Shown: positions 1 through 9,281, counted from the stretch's first letter. The stretch is 33,693 bases of DNA from Candidatus Heimdallarchaeota archaeon (GCA_021399395.1 JAAFKJ010000146.1:1-33693); one strand, 5' to 3'. Notes: generated by a model from the letters alone, not told the origin. Numbers and translations are program-made.

Positions 1-78
1 GGGTGAGACTGCACCTGATAATAAACCTGCTCCAAAAAGAGCTAAGAAATGCCACCATTCAAAGTATTCAAATAACAT
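1..78 (-). CDS. 5' end of a membrane protein running off the window, possibly TSUP/TauE-SafE family
   Basis: ATG at 78 reads MLFEYFEWWHFLALFGAGLLSGAVSP, open to the edge, with AGGATGA upstream. The hydrophobic GLLSG motif resembles TauE N-termini, but only 26 codons are visible. Confidence 0.5.
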   Translation of the reverse strand, partial: MLFEYFEWWHFLALFGAGLLSGAVSP

Positions 79-196
79 CTAATCATCCTATATTGTTTTA
101 CTGTGTGTTAATAGTTATTTAAAACTTTAATGTAAGAACAAACATTACCACAGTAAAGGAGAAATGGTTTTAAACACAGAAAAATAATTATGGATA

Positions 197-1054
197 ATGA
201 GTACAGAAAAAGAGGAGAAAATAGCCGAACATTTATTCTCTCTAATTGATAAGAAATCAATTTGGGAATTAGAAATTTTCTCCTCAATTCTAAATATTCA
301 TCCTGAAGATCTTGCTGGATTTATCAAACAGTTTCCAATGGCATATGGATTATCGATTCAAGGTAAGAGATTGTACATCACACATGAATTAGTTCGAGAT
401 GTTCTAGACGAAGTCAAACTGAAATTTATTGAATGGTATCAGAGAGTTGCACCTCGAGAGTACTCACAAGCTAAGAGAACTGAAGAAATAAGGAAAGAAC
501 ATTTTATAGACGACCGTCCTGAAAGAATCTCATCTAAGATAAAGATAAGCGTTTATGGAAATAACTATGTAGTTGAAGATGTTCTAAATGATTTTCTAGC
601 CAGAGAAGGTTTAAGCCCTTCTTTCCAATATACAGGCGGTTACGAACCTTTCGATTTCCAAAAGACTATAGGTAACGATATTTACAACTGTCAATTTTTA
701 TTAATTGATTACAATAGAGATTTTCTCTCTCTAGCTCCACTTCTTTTCGAAATGCCTGAAGCATTTTTGTTCATTTTCAATCCATTAGATAAACTTCAAA
801 TTGATAGACTTGTCAAAATGATTCAAAGCCTTATTGCTAAGCGTAAGAAAGATATTCTAGTAACATTTCTAGCAATAGTTGGAAAGGATATTGAATCAAC
901 CGCATTGGATGAAATTACTAGTACACTTTCATATCTTGTCGAATTTCTTGAAGAAAAACCAGTTTACAAAGTATCATTCGCAATTCTATCTTCTAATGAT
1001 CAAGTTGAAAGAAAAATGAATGATTTAATCCAAACAGCTAAGATGCTTTTTTAA
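197..1054 (+). CDS. Hypothetical protein: N-terminal wHTH/PCI-like domain plus C-terminal degenerate Rab/Ras-like (pseudo-GTPase) domain
   Basis: 285-aa ORF. Residues ~114-285 follow the small-GTPase pattern (KISVYG...FQYTGGYE...CQFLLIDYNRDFLSLAPLLFEMPEAFLFIFNPLD) but lack GKS/T, DxxG and NKxD. Confidence 0.6.
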   Translation: MSTEKEEKIAEHLFSLIDKKSIWELEIFSSILNIHPEDLAGFIKQFPMAYGLSIQGKRLYITHELVRDVLDEVKLKFIEWYQRVAPREYSQAKRTEEIRKEHFIDDRPERISSKIKISVYGNNYVVEDVLNDFLAREGLSPSFQYTGGYEPFDFQKTIGNDIYNCQFLLIDYNRDFLSLAPLLFEMPEAFLFIFNPLDKLQIDRLVKMIQSLIAKRKKDILVTFLAIVGKDIESTALDEITSTLSYLVEFLEEKPVYKVSFAILSSNDQVERKMNDLIQTAKMLF

Positions 1055-1763
1055 CACCTTTAGAAGATTCTAGTTCCTTATTCATCAGATGTTCTTCAAC
1101 TAATTCCAGTAATTTTGGATATGCTCTAAAAGATATAAACAGTGGGTAGAACCCTATACCTAACCCCAAGATAGAAGCAGCGAATGCAACAATTCCAATG
1201 ATTAGGAAAACTACTCCTAAAGTGTTGTTAAAGAAACTACTAATTAAAAGAAATATATACCCAAAAGATTGTACCAGATAGGAAATCATGATAAATGTGT
1301 TGGGAAATTTTGCTATGTATTTCTTAAAATAATACGTTTTAAGATCCTTCCTAAATAAGAAGAATCCAAAAGAAAATAGAGGACCAACTAAAATAAGAAG
1401 TACGATTCCAACAAGGGTAAGAATATAAACAATGGTAGGGTGCTCCTTAAACACTTCAGCTATGATTAGAATCAATATTGCAACAAGAAATGTCACCGCT
1501 CCAGATATTATAAAATATGCTGATTTTTTTACATGACTCCAATCAGCAAGCGGGTCATAGGACAGATTGAAAATACCCCAACTGAATCCAATATAGCCTA
1601 AAAGTATTGGAATCATTAAAATATGATGATTCTTCCAGCCGGGTAGTAGTAATACTTGAAAACCATCAGTTAGTGCTACAAAACCAATGTGAAAGACTTG
1701 AAAGAAAAAAACCATGATCAAACTGTTATTTATAATCTTAGAATGTTGCTGACGACTAAACAT
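1038..1763 (-). CDS. Multi-pass (~6 TM) membrane protein, paralog 3 of a tandem triplet
   Basis: Six hydrophobic segments. The GFFLFRKDL and GFYPLFISF motifs match the two upstream paralogs. Start overlaps the upstream stop. Confidence 0.8.
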   Translation of the reverse strand: MFSRQQHSKIINNSLIMVFFFQVFHIGFVALTDGFQVLLLPGWKNHHILMIPILLGYIGFSWGIFNLSYDPLADWSHVKKSAYFIISGAVTFLVAILILIIAEVFKEHPTIVYILTLVGIVLLILVGPLFSFGFFLFRKDLKTYYFKKYIAKFPNTFIMISYLVQSFGYIFLLISSFFNNTLGVVFLIIGIVAFAASILGLGIGFYPLFISFRAYPKLLELVEEHLMNKELESSKGVKKAS

Positions 1764-2433
1764 CTTTCTCTTCCTCTTCGAATATCTCTAATTCCTGCCC
1801 ATGACTCCATACTTGTAGAATCTTCATGGTCGAAGTTAGTCCTAGAAATCCCAGAAGTATCAAGAATGTTGCAAATAAATAAACATAGAATGCAAGATTC
1901 TCCTGCCAAAGTTGAAATGAAGTCTCTCCAACATAGGAACCATACCAACCTATTATTGAAGGAACTAGATAAACAAGAAAACCTAATGCAAGAAAATATT
2001 GCCCTTTTCTTTCAATAATCTCATTTTTTGCTAAGTTGTCGATATTGATTTTTAAGAATATAAATGCTGTAACAAGAACTACTGCTTGACATACTAATAT
2101 AGAAAGATTAAGGAAGACTAGAGGTTCAGTGGTCCAACTAGCTCTTAAGTTTGTGTAAGTGAATATTATGTTAAGTATGTCTAATCCTGCAGAAGTGAAA
2201 AGCAATACTGGAGCTATAATCCATTTTGAATAGTTTTCTAGTTCTCTACCTAACCTAATTAGGCCTATTCCAAATAGTACCAGAGCACAATCAAATGCTA
2301 CATCTGCGATCAAAGTCATTTCTTGAAAATCAACAGCGATGATAGTAACAGCTGCTACCCTTATCATTTGGACAATTGTTAAAATCCAAGCGGAATAAAA
2401 AAGATGTTTTGTGATATCTTTCAGATCATTCAA
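1756..2433 (-). CDS. Multi-pass (~6 TM) membrane protein, paralog 2 of a tandem triplet
   Basis: TTG start, six hydrophobic segments, RKGQYFLALGF motif shared with 2443-3387, acidic C-tail. Confidence 0.8.
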   Translation of the reverse strand: MNDLKDITKHLFYSAWILTIVQMIRVAAVTIIAVDFQEMTLIADVAFDCALVLFGIGLIRLGRELENYSKWIIAPVLLFTSAGLDILNIIFTYTNLRASWTTEPLVFLNLSILVCQAVVLVTAFIFLKINIDNLAKNEIIERKGQYFLALGFLVYLVPSIIGWYGSYVGETSFQLWQENLAFYVYLFATFLILLGFLGLTSTMKILQVWSHGQELEIFEEEEKDV

Positions 2434-2442
2434 AAGAATAAC

Positions 2443-3387
2443 CTACTTTTTAAGATAAGGGTTAACTTCCCCACATTCAGCACAAAATGCAGAATCTTCA
2501 TCTAACTCTAATCCACATTTAACGCAAAACATTTTCTTTTTGGTTGGGTCTTCTTCTATTAGTAAATCCTCAATCGGATCAACTTGTTGTTGCTGAGTCT
2601 GAGTTGACGGAGGGGTAAATCCACCAAATAATCCTCCAGATCTTCTACCGAATATTCCGCCACCAGAAGGACGTTGCTGAGCAGCTGCTTGTTTTCTCTC
2701 CTCCATCTGTTGGAAAAGTTCATCTGGTATCTTATCTAGTACCAAAAATGCCCTTCGCAAATACCAGAATCCTAGAACCATTAGTACAAGTGATCCCATA
2801 TCCAAGAAGTAGTTAACCCAAAGTAAGATATCATATCCTTGTGCAACTATTGGATTTGCGGGATCTGTATAATCTATGTAGGTTTCAGCTGGTATAATTG
2901 TATTTATTATCATACTTAATGATAAAAATCCGAACCCCATAGGCAGAGACATCTGACCTTTGTAGATATTTCTCTTTTCTGCTGCATAAGAGTCAACTGA
3001 ACGTCTAAGTTCATAGAATCCAACTGTTAAACTTAAAGTAGCAACAATTTCTATCAAATTTGTTGGAAGCAAAGATAATCGGGTTATCTCAATAGCTCCT
3101 GCAGCGTAGAGAATATACAGTGTCTGCACAATTATACTAAGTTGAGATGCAATAAATATCAATATTGTGGTAATTAAAATGATTTTGTTCTTTTCTTCTT
3201 TATAGAAACTTAGAAACCCAAAAGCGAGCCACATGATAGCACCAATTTTTATTACTTCAAATCCTATCTGGAGATAAATTACTATATCTCCAACATTTAG
3301 AAAAACAATAAACATGCTAACCATCATAACTAAAACATATATTAGAGCTGAATTTGTTATGCTTTTTCTGGATTTATCACTTATCAT
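2443..3387 (-). CDS. Multi-pass membrane protein with G/Q-rich linker and C-terminal zinc ribbon, paralog 1 of the triplet
   Basis: About 6 TM, then QQRPSGGGIFGRRSGGLFGG..QQQQ and CVKC-x10-CAEC. GGTG SD-like sequence upstream. Confidence 0.85.
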   Translation of the reverse strand: MISDKSRKSITNSALIYVLVMMVSMFIVFLNVGDIVIYLQIGFEVIKIGAIMWLAFGFLSFYKEEKNKIILITTILIFIASQLSIIVQTLYILYAAGAIEITRLSLLPTNLIEIVATLSLTVGFYELRRSVDSYAAEKRNIYKGQMSLPMGFGFLSLSMIINTIIPAETYIDYTDPANPIVAQGYDILLWVNYFLDMGSLVLMVLGFWYLRRAFLVLDKIPDELFQQMEERKQAAAQQRPSGGGIFGRRSGGLFGGFTPPSTQTQQQQVDPIEDLLIEEDPTKKKMFCVKCGLELDEDSAFCAECGEVNPYLKK

Positions 3388-3490
3388 TCTAACACCAACT
3401 TTGTCATACAGTATTTAAATATGCGGAGTAATGACTTCAAAATCAAGAAGAAAGGAAAATATATAAGTACTCCCAAATAACTTTTTTTTG

Positions 3491-4114
3491 ATGAGAGTTT
3501 CTTCTTCTCTATCCTTACTTGCATGTATAATTGGTTTTCTTACTTTATTGATTCCAGTTTTGTATAGTACAGCAGGTTATGCGCTGACTTGGATGGATAT
3601 ACAAGAAACTCCACCATTGTGGATTTTCATAGCTACAACTCTTATCGTAGCTGCTCATGATATAAGTTGGCTTGAAGGAATCAAATTCATTAGAGGGTCT
3701 GATATTAGAGTTTTTAGAATTATTCTAATCGCAATAGCCATAGGCATGGCTTATGCTATGGAACTCTCCGTAAATGTTCGTCTAACTTCCCAGACCTTCT
3801 GGCAATCAGCACTGTATTTCGATATCCCTAATGATACTAATGTTCTAATGGAATATAGTATTCTTTATTATAATATGCAAATTGTTCAAGTAACTGATAT
3901 TACTTTTAAATCAACTTTGGTCTCTTCTGTTTTCTCACCAACCAATCACATCTTTGTCTTCAAAAATTTTGCAGGATTAGGTTATCATTTGATGAGATCT
4001 TGCAGAGTCATACTCATCTTTGCATTCATTACAGCGTTCTTAGAAAAAAGTCTCAGAATCTCTCGGGTTATAAAGAACATAGATGCTGATCAAATCAAGA
4101 AAACTAAGCCTTGA
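3491..4114 (+). CDS. Hypothetical membrane protein (~4 TM)
   Basis: Hydrophobic segments at the N-terminus and near the C-terminus. ATG at 3491 (TTG 3488 is an alternative), about 25 nt after an ATATATAA box. Confidence 0.75.
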   Translation: MRVSSSLSLLACIIGFLTLLIPVLYSTAGYALTWMDIQETPPLWIFIATTLIVAAHDISWLEGIKFIRGSDIRVFRIILIAIAIGMAYAMELSVNVRLTSQTFWQSALYFDIPNDTNVLMEYSILYYNMQIVQVTDITFKSTLVSSVFSPTNHIFVFKNFAGLGYHLMRSCRVILIFAFITAFLEKSLRISRVIKNIDADQIKKTKP

Positions 4115-4174
4115 TGACAATAGTTTTTAATTCTTCCTCATTTTCTATTTATAGAAATCTTCACGTTGATAGAC

Positions 4175-5233
4175 ATGACATCATCAGTATTTGTTCCATA
4201 TATTGCTCTTTTAGTTCTAGATGATACAGGCATGTCTCTTCGTAGTACCAGTCCCATTCCTGAAATTTCAACAGATGAAATCATTGGTATTGGGAATTTT
4301 TATAGCCCCGTTGTTTCAGCTTCTTCTCCTAACTTAGAGATTTATGGGCCTTTGCCGATACCTCATTTTGAAAAATACCATTTACTAATTGTTACCTTTA
4401 GGAAGAAGGATTCGATAATATCAGACCCTAGGGCTAAGTATAAAGAAACTCTTTCATTTTGTCAATTACTGATTTTTTACAAAAAAGAAAATGATGAAAA
4501 AGTTAAATTCGGTCATGGACAGATTTATACTACTGTAGATATATTTCTTCAAGAATTTGATGATGTAGCTGCAATTGGTGACAACGAGCTTCTAAAATTA
4601 AGTGAAATGCTTATAGAGAACGTTTTATTGGATGATCAAATCAAATCAAAGAGCATTGAAGATATTGTGAGAGATATTGCATCTCGTTTTAATACAATCC
4701 AACAAATCTCTCATTTACTCAACAGAAGAACAAAAATTGGTATAATCTCATCTGATTCTCTCTCATACAACTTAATTATACAAGCATTATTTCACTACCA
4801 AAATATTGATTTTATATATCAATTGGATCGGAATGAATTCATAACTAGAATTGACACCTATTTCATGAGAATTGTTCTTACACTTCTTTTTGACACAGAA
4901 AAGATAGCAGGTAAAGATTATTTTAGAGAAATGGATTATTATGTTTATTTAGCTTCTTGTGAAGAGCAAGAAAGCTGTAAAAGTCACATAGAAAATATAG
5001 ATTCTTTGTTCGAAAGAGATCCAAAAGCAAAAGTGTTTTTTGTTACAGCTGAAAGGGCTGAGCAATTACCTTTAGAACACAAAAAATATCTATTTCATGA
5101 AACTGAGAGAAGAAAGAATCTGAAATTAATGATATCTGTTGGAGATATTTTCAGAACACTAGATAATGCTATCTACCTAATTTTAAACGACATATTGGAG
5201 TTAAGAAAAATAATCTTGAGTCAAAAAAAATAA
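4175..5233 (+). CDS. uDENN/longin-like domain fused to a degenerate small-GTPase-like domain
   Basis: N-terminal LLVLDDTG..P / YGPLPIP / FxxKD...DPR pattern recalled from Asgard longin/DENN-like proteins. C-terminal KIGIISS...DYFREMDYYVYLASCEEQES mirrors Rab [19 protein letters not shown] without a P-loop. TTG 4166 is an alternative start. Confidence 0.55.
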   Translation: MTSSVFVPYIALLVLDDTGMSLRSTSPIPEISTDEIIGIGNFYSPVVSASSPNLEIYGPLPIPHFEKYHLLIVTFRKKDSIISDPRAKYKETLSFCQLLIFYKKENDEKVKFGHGQIYTTVDIFLQEFDDVAAIGDNELLKLSEMLIENVLLDDQIKSKSIEDIVRDIASRFNTIQQISHLLNRRTKIGIISSDSLSYNLIIQALFHYQNIDFIYQLDRNEFITRIDTYFMRIVLTLLFDTEKIAGKDYFREMDYYVYLASCEEQESCKSHIENIDSLFERDPKAKVFFVTAERAEQLPLEHKKYLFHETERRKNLKLMISVGDIFRTLDNAIYLILNDILELRKIILSQKK

Positions 5234-5372
5234 TAGACTCTAATCTGGTTTTAGGTTTGGTATAACTGCTACAAGAATTCCGCCTGGTCCAACCCTACTT
5301 CCAACTTCAATCTAATTGACTTTATCTTGAGAAACTTTTTATTACACAAATGTCAGACTATAGTTGATTATC

Positions 5373-7304
5373 ATGGTAGTTTTTGAAGTTAATGAAGTCA
5401 CGCTCTACAAGATGGGAATTGGATGGTTAAGTTCGCAAGCATCTTTTAAGGATAAAGAAGTTAGTTTTCCAGTTCTTGTTAAGAATCAAGATGATTTTCT
5501 TAAAACATTTCATGTAGATGTAACAGGTGATATTATGCTATCTTCAATTGCTTTTGATACCGAAGAATCCAAGGATTTAGAAATAGATCATGATAGAGAT
5601 GCTTTGACATCTATAATCAACATTCTTTCTGGTTCGAGAGTAACTGTAGATACAAAAGATGAGAAAAATATTGAAGGTAAATTGATAGGTTATCAAATAA
5701 TGGATGCCTGTGAGGAGGCATCTAGACTTGAAATTATTCTGATGACTGATGATTATAAGATTCATCATATATCTTCTAACGATTTGCAAAATATTCTTCC
5801 TCAAGAAGAATTCTTTAAGAAAACTATTCTAGAACAGATAGATTTGCTCTCAAAAAGCAAAAAAGAGAATGTGAAGAATATAAAAATAAATTTCACAGAT
5901 GAAGGTGAAAAGGATGTTACAATTTCATATTTATCAGAACTTCCCGCTTGGTTATCTTCATATAGAATTTATAACATAGATGATAAAAATGCAGTTTTTG
6001 AATTATGGAGTCTTGTAACAAATAATTCTCAACAAGATTGGATAGATGCAAAAATTCATCTTATAACTGGGCTACCCTTATCTTTCAGGTATGATATAAG
6101 TTCCCCTTGGATTATCGATAGACCTTTTGTGCAAAGACCAAAGCAAATGGGAATCAATGTGATGACTCCTGAAGCTGACTATGACATGAAACCCAAAGTA
6201 ATGCCCTCAACAGCTCCTGGAAGAGGTGCAGCTAGAATGAAATCTGCTAAAAAAATGGATAGATTGGTCGGTTTAGCTGAAGAACCCGTGGCAGAACTCT
6301 ATGACTATGCTGCTGTGTCTGAAGATTCTGCAGAAGTTATAACTACAACAGAGAGTATAGCTTTCAGTTTAAAGCAACTAGTAACTATCAAAAAGGGTGA
6401 ATCAGCTCTGTTACTTCTTCATTCAGCAAAGATTCCAAAAGAAACAATAAACATCTACAATCAACATCAACATGCAACTCATCCTTTCAAGGCTATAGAA
6501 GTTGAAAATACTGTTGGTTATGGTTGGGAAGCAGGGCCTGTAACTTTGTATGAAAAAGGGATCTATGCTGGGGAATCTATGTTACCCAGAGTCACTAAAG
6601 GAGACAAACAGATCTTACCCTATTTAGTTGAACAAGATATTATGATCAAACAGGAAGAATTCACTACAACTAAGAAAATAGGGATATCTCTTTCAAATCA
6701 ATACTATGTTGAAACTTATCTTAACACTAAAACTTTCAAACTAGAACTCGACAACAAAAGTGATGAAGAAAAGGTAGTTATTGCTGAAGTACCAAAACAA
6801 TATGGGTATAAAATCAACAAGAAGAAAATGAAATTAGATTCAACCGAAACAGCTAATTTCTTCAGAACAAAAATTACTTTGGAACCAAAAACAACCATTA
6901 AAGTTGAAGTACCTACTGAACGAAAGACATCCGAAAGTGTATCTATCGCTTCAATCTCTGATGAATATCTAGATGAGTTATTAAAACTTGAAACCTTGAA
7001 AGCTAATCAGATTTCGATTCTAAAGAAAATAAAACAACTTAGAAAAGAAAAATACAAAATTAATGAACAAGTGGACTCTGAACAATCTAATCTTAATAGG
7101 ATTGATAATGAATATCAAAGAATCACAGAGTCAATAAAAGTTTTAACTAGTGAAGGCGATGAAGCTAAAACTAGATCAAAATATGTTGAAAGAATGAACA
7201 ATCTTTTTGAAACAATGGAAGAAAAACGAAAGCTTCTGGAAAAACAACAAACTAGATTAGATGAAATTGATGAGGAAATCTATAAAATCTTAGATGATCT
7301 CTAA
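5373..7304 (+). CDS. DUF4139-like protein with C-terminal coiled coil
   Basis: VTLYKxGIGW N-terminus, ISYL..PAWxxSYR, VTNNSQQDWxxxKIHLITG, GPVTLY motifs. Heptad-rich C-terminal ~100 aa. TTG 5364 is an alternative start. Confidence 0.75.
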   Translation: MVVFEVNEVTLYKMGIGWLSSQASFKDKEVSFPVLVKNQDDFLKTFHVDVTGDIMLSSIAFDTEESKDLEIDHDRDALTSIINILSGSRVTVDTKDEKNIEGKLIGYQIMDACEEASRLEIILMTDDYKIHHISSNDLQNILPQEEFFKKTILEQIDLLSKSKKENVKNIKINFTDEGEKDVTISYLSELPAWLSSYRIYNIDDKNAVFELWSLVTNNSQQDWIDAKIHLITGLPLSFRYDISSPWIIDRPFVQRPKQMGINVMTPEADYDMKPKVMPSTAPGRGAARMKSAKKMDRLVGLAEEPVAELYDYAAVSEDSAEVITTTESIAFSLKQLVTIKKGESALLLLHSAKIPKETINIYNQHQHATHPFKAIEVENTVGYGWEAGPVTLYEKGIYAGESMLPRVTKGDKQILPYLVEQDIMIKQEEFTTTKKIGISLSNQYYVETYLNTKTFKLELDNKSDEEKVVIAEVPKQYGYKINKKKMKLDSTETANFFRTKITLEPKTTIKVEVPTERKTSESVSIASISDEYLDELLKLETLKANQISILKKIKQLRKEKYKINEQVDSEQSNLNRIDNEYQRITESIKVLTSEGDEAKTRSKYVERMNNLFETMEEKRKLLEKQQTRLDEIDEEIYKILDDL

Positions 7305-7334
7305 TCGTTCTTCCTCTCTACTTCCTTCTTTTTT

Positions 7335-8063
7335 CTATTTTGTTCTTTCTTCTAACCAAACATCGATTTCTTCAAACAACTGTTTTCTTCCAGCGTCTTT
7401 TGGTATTACATGACCTCCTCTCTGAATCTGTAAGATTTTTTTGTCCTTTGATGAGACACTGTAGTAAATTTTCTCAGCATGTTTAAGAGAGATAGTAGGG
7501 TCATTTTTGGAATATACAATTAAAATTGGTATTTCTATATCTTGCATCTTTTTCTTATTAATTTTAAAAAGTTTAAAGAGTTGACTAACAGTCTTGATAG
7601 GATAGACCCCATAACTTTGATGTGTTTTAAGAGAATCATTGTCTTCCCATCCCTTTTCTTCGTTTCCATGGAATGGATAGAGTAAGTGTACAAATGGTAG
7701 ATATGCCAGGAGCCACATTCTCCAATCTGGTGAAAAAGCTGGTGCTGCTAAAGCGATTATTCCTTCAATATCGGGATTATTAGCACCCAGATGAAGTGTA
7801 ATTGCTCCTCCTAAAGATAGACCACAAACATAAACTGATTCAAAGTTTTGTTTCAAAATATTCAATTGTTCTTGCGCATAATTCGTTAATTCGTACCATT
7901 TTCGGTCTTTTAGATCTTCTACAGATGTTTCATGTCCTGGAAGAACAATATTTTCGACATAAATCTCTTTGTTTCTCAAGTGTTTTGCTAAAGGTTCCAT
8001 CTCATAGTGAGTACCAGTGAACCCATGGATTAAAAGAAAAGCAGTTCTTTCCTCCTTACTCAT
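7335..8063 (-). CDS. Carboxylesterase / monoacylglycerol lipase (alpha/beta hydrolase)
   Basis: LIHGFTG oxyanion motif, LPGH, GLSLGG nucleophile elbow, catalytic D (NDPTI) and H (GGHV). ATG 8087 is an alternative start. Confidence 0.9.
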   Translation of the reverse strand: MSKEERTAFLLIHGFTGTHYEMEPLAKHLRNKEIYVENIVLPGHETSVEDLKDRKWYELTNYAQEQLNILKQNFESVYVCGLSLGGAITLHLGANNPDIEGIIALAAPAFSPDWRMWLLAYLPFVHLLYPFHGNEEKGWEDNDSLKTHQSYGVYPIKTVSQLFKLFKINKKKMQDIEIPILIVYSKNDPTISLKHAEKIYYSVSSKDKKILQIQRGGHVIPKDAGRKQLFEEIDVWLEERTK

Positions 8064-8168
8064 ATAATCAGTCCTATTCTTTAACATTAAAAATTTTTAG
8101 CATGAAAAGAGAAGAAAAGGTACTATAATTCAGAAAAACTCAAAAAGAGGAAGATATAAGTTAATTTC

Positions 8169-8786
8169 GTGATAGGTACTCCTACATTCTACGTACTCAT
8201 TGGAATCATGTCAGCAGTAGTTTTGGTATGGCTGATATTAGTGATATATAGAAGGGTAAGATATGAAGTCTTTCTTGTATTGGGATTCTTGCTAATAATT
8301 CTTTCATTGACTCTTACAGGAGAGTATTCTGGAACATATTTGCTCTCAGCTCAAAATGAATTCATCTATCAGGTGGCGTCGATAACAGTTGCAGGTGTTG
8401 CCTTCATATTTGTCATTCTAGGATTGTTTTCATTGAATAAGAGATGGATCAAGAAAAGAGGTACAGATAATTTGAATAGTTTTAGGAACTTAGCATTTTT
8501 CGCATATGTAAGACATCCAATTACATTTAGCAGTATGTTGATTTCAATATCTTTGATGATGCTAATTCAATCGATTCTTTCAAATGTACTCGCTGGATTG
8601 GCACTCATTATATTTACAATTTCATCATTTGAAAAAGATACATTCTTACAGAAATTGTATGGTTATCCTTACAAAGTATATAGTCGACAAATTCCACGAT
8701 TCAATGTCTTTCATGGGATGATACGCTCATTTATCATCAGAGAAAAAGATAAAGGTAATGCTGATGATTTTGTAATCTATGATTGA
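8169..8786 (+). CDS. Isoprenylcysteine carboxyl methyltransferase / PEMT-like membrane protein
   Basis: TM helices, FFAYVRHP motif, and LxxxYGxxYxxYxxxIPRF C-terminal motif. Confidence 0.7.
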   Translation: MIGTPTFYVLIGIMSAVVLVWLILVIYRRVRYEVFLVLGFLLIILSLTLTGEYSGTYLLSAQNEFIYQVASITVAGVAFIFVILGLFSLNKRWIKKRGTDNLNSFRNLAFFAYVRHPITFSSMLISISLMMLIQSILSNVLAGLALIIFTISSFEKDTFLQKLYGYPYKVYSRQIPRFNVFHGMIRSFIIREKDKGNADDFVIYD

Positions 8787-8806
8787 TTTTATTCAAACTT
8801 AGTCAA

Positions 8807-9259
8807 TCATTTGATTATTTCTTTTATAATGGAGGGGCAAATATCTACTATACCTTCAAAATTTTTCAGCTCATTGATAAAATTATCAAGATCAGCATCA
8901 TCTTTCATCCAACATTCTAACATTATCATATGATCACCACTGGATGAATACACTCGGAGAATTTCATCTATGTTCTTTAGTTTTTGGAGTGTTGAAATAT
9001 AGGTTTGAGGTGTTGTGTCGATACCTAGTAAGACTCTCATGCCTAATCCTATATTCTTTGGATTAACATCTATCGAATATCTTTCAATAGTACCTTGTTT
9101 TTCCATCCTTCGAACACGTTTTCTAATCGCTGTTTCAGTAACATTCAGTTCTTTTGCAATATCAACAAAAGATCTCCTGCTGTTCTGTAGCAAGATACGA
9201 ATAATCTCGTGGTCTGTTATCTTTGAAGATTTAGTTTTAGTGTCTGAAATTCGAACCAC
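8807..9259 (-). CDS. lrpA: Lrp/AsnC family transcriptional regulator (LrpA-like)
   Basis: [41 protein letters not shown] HTH, and a RAM domain with SSGDHMIM. Confidence 0.9.
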   Translation of the reverse strand: MVRISDTKTKSSKITDHEIIRILLQNSRRSFVDIAKELNVTETAIRKRVRRMEKQGTIERYSIDVNPKNIGLGMRVLLGIDTTPQTYISTLQKLKNIDEILRVYSSSGDHMIMLECWMKDDADLDNFINELKNFEGIVDICPSIIKEIIK

Positions 9260-9277
9260 CTAATTTTGAAATTCGGA
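9243..9277. promoter_or_regulatory. Two 13-bp quasi-palindromic Lrp-type operator sites
   Basis: TCTGAAATTCGAA (9243-9255) and TTTGAAATTCGGA (9265-9277) lie 22 bp apart, just upstream of the prx TATA box. Confidence 0.55.
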
Positions 9278-9281
9278 AACA

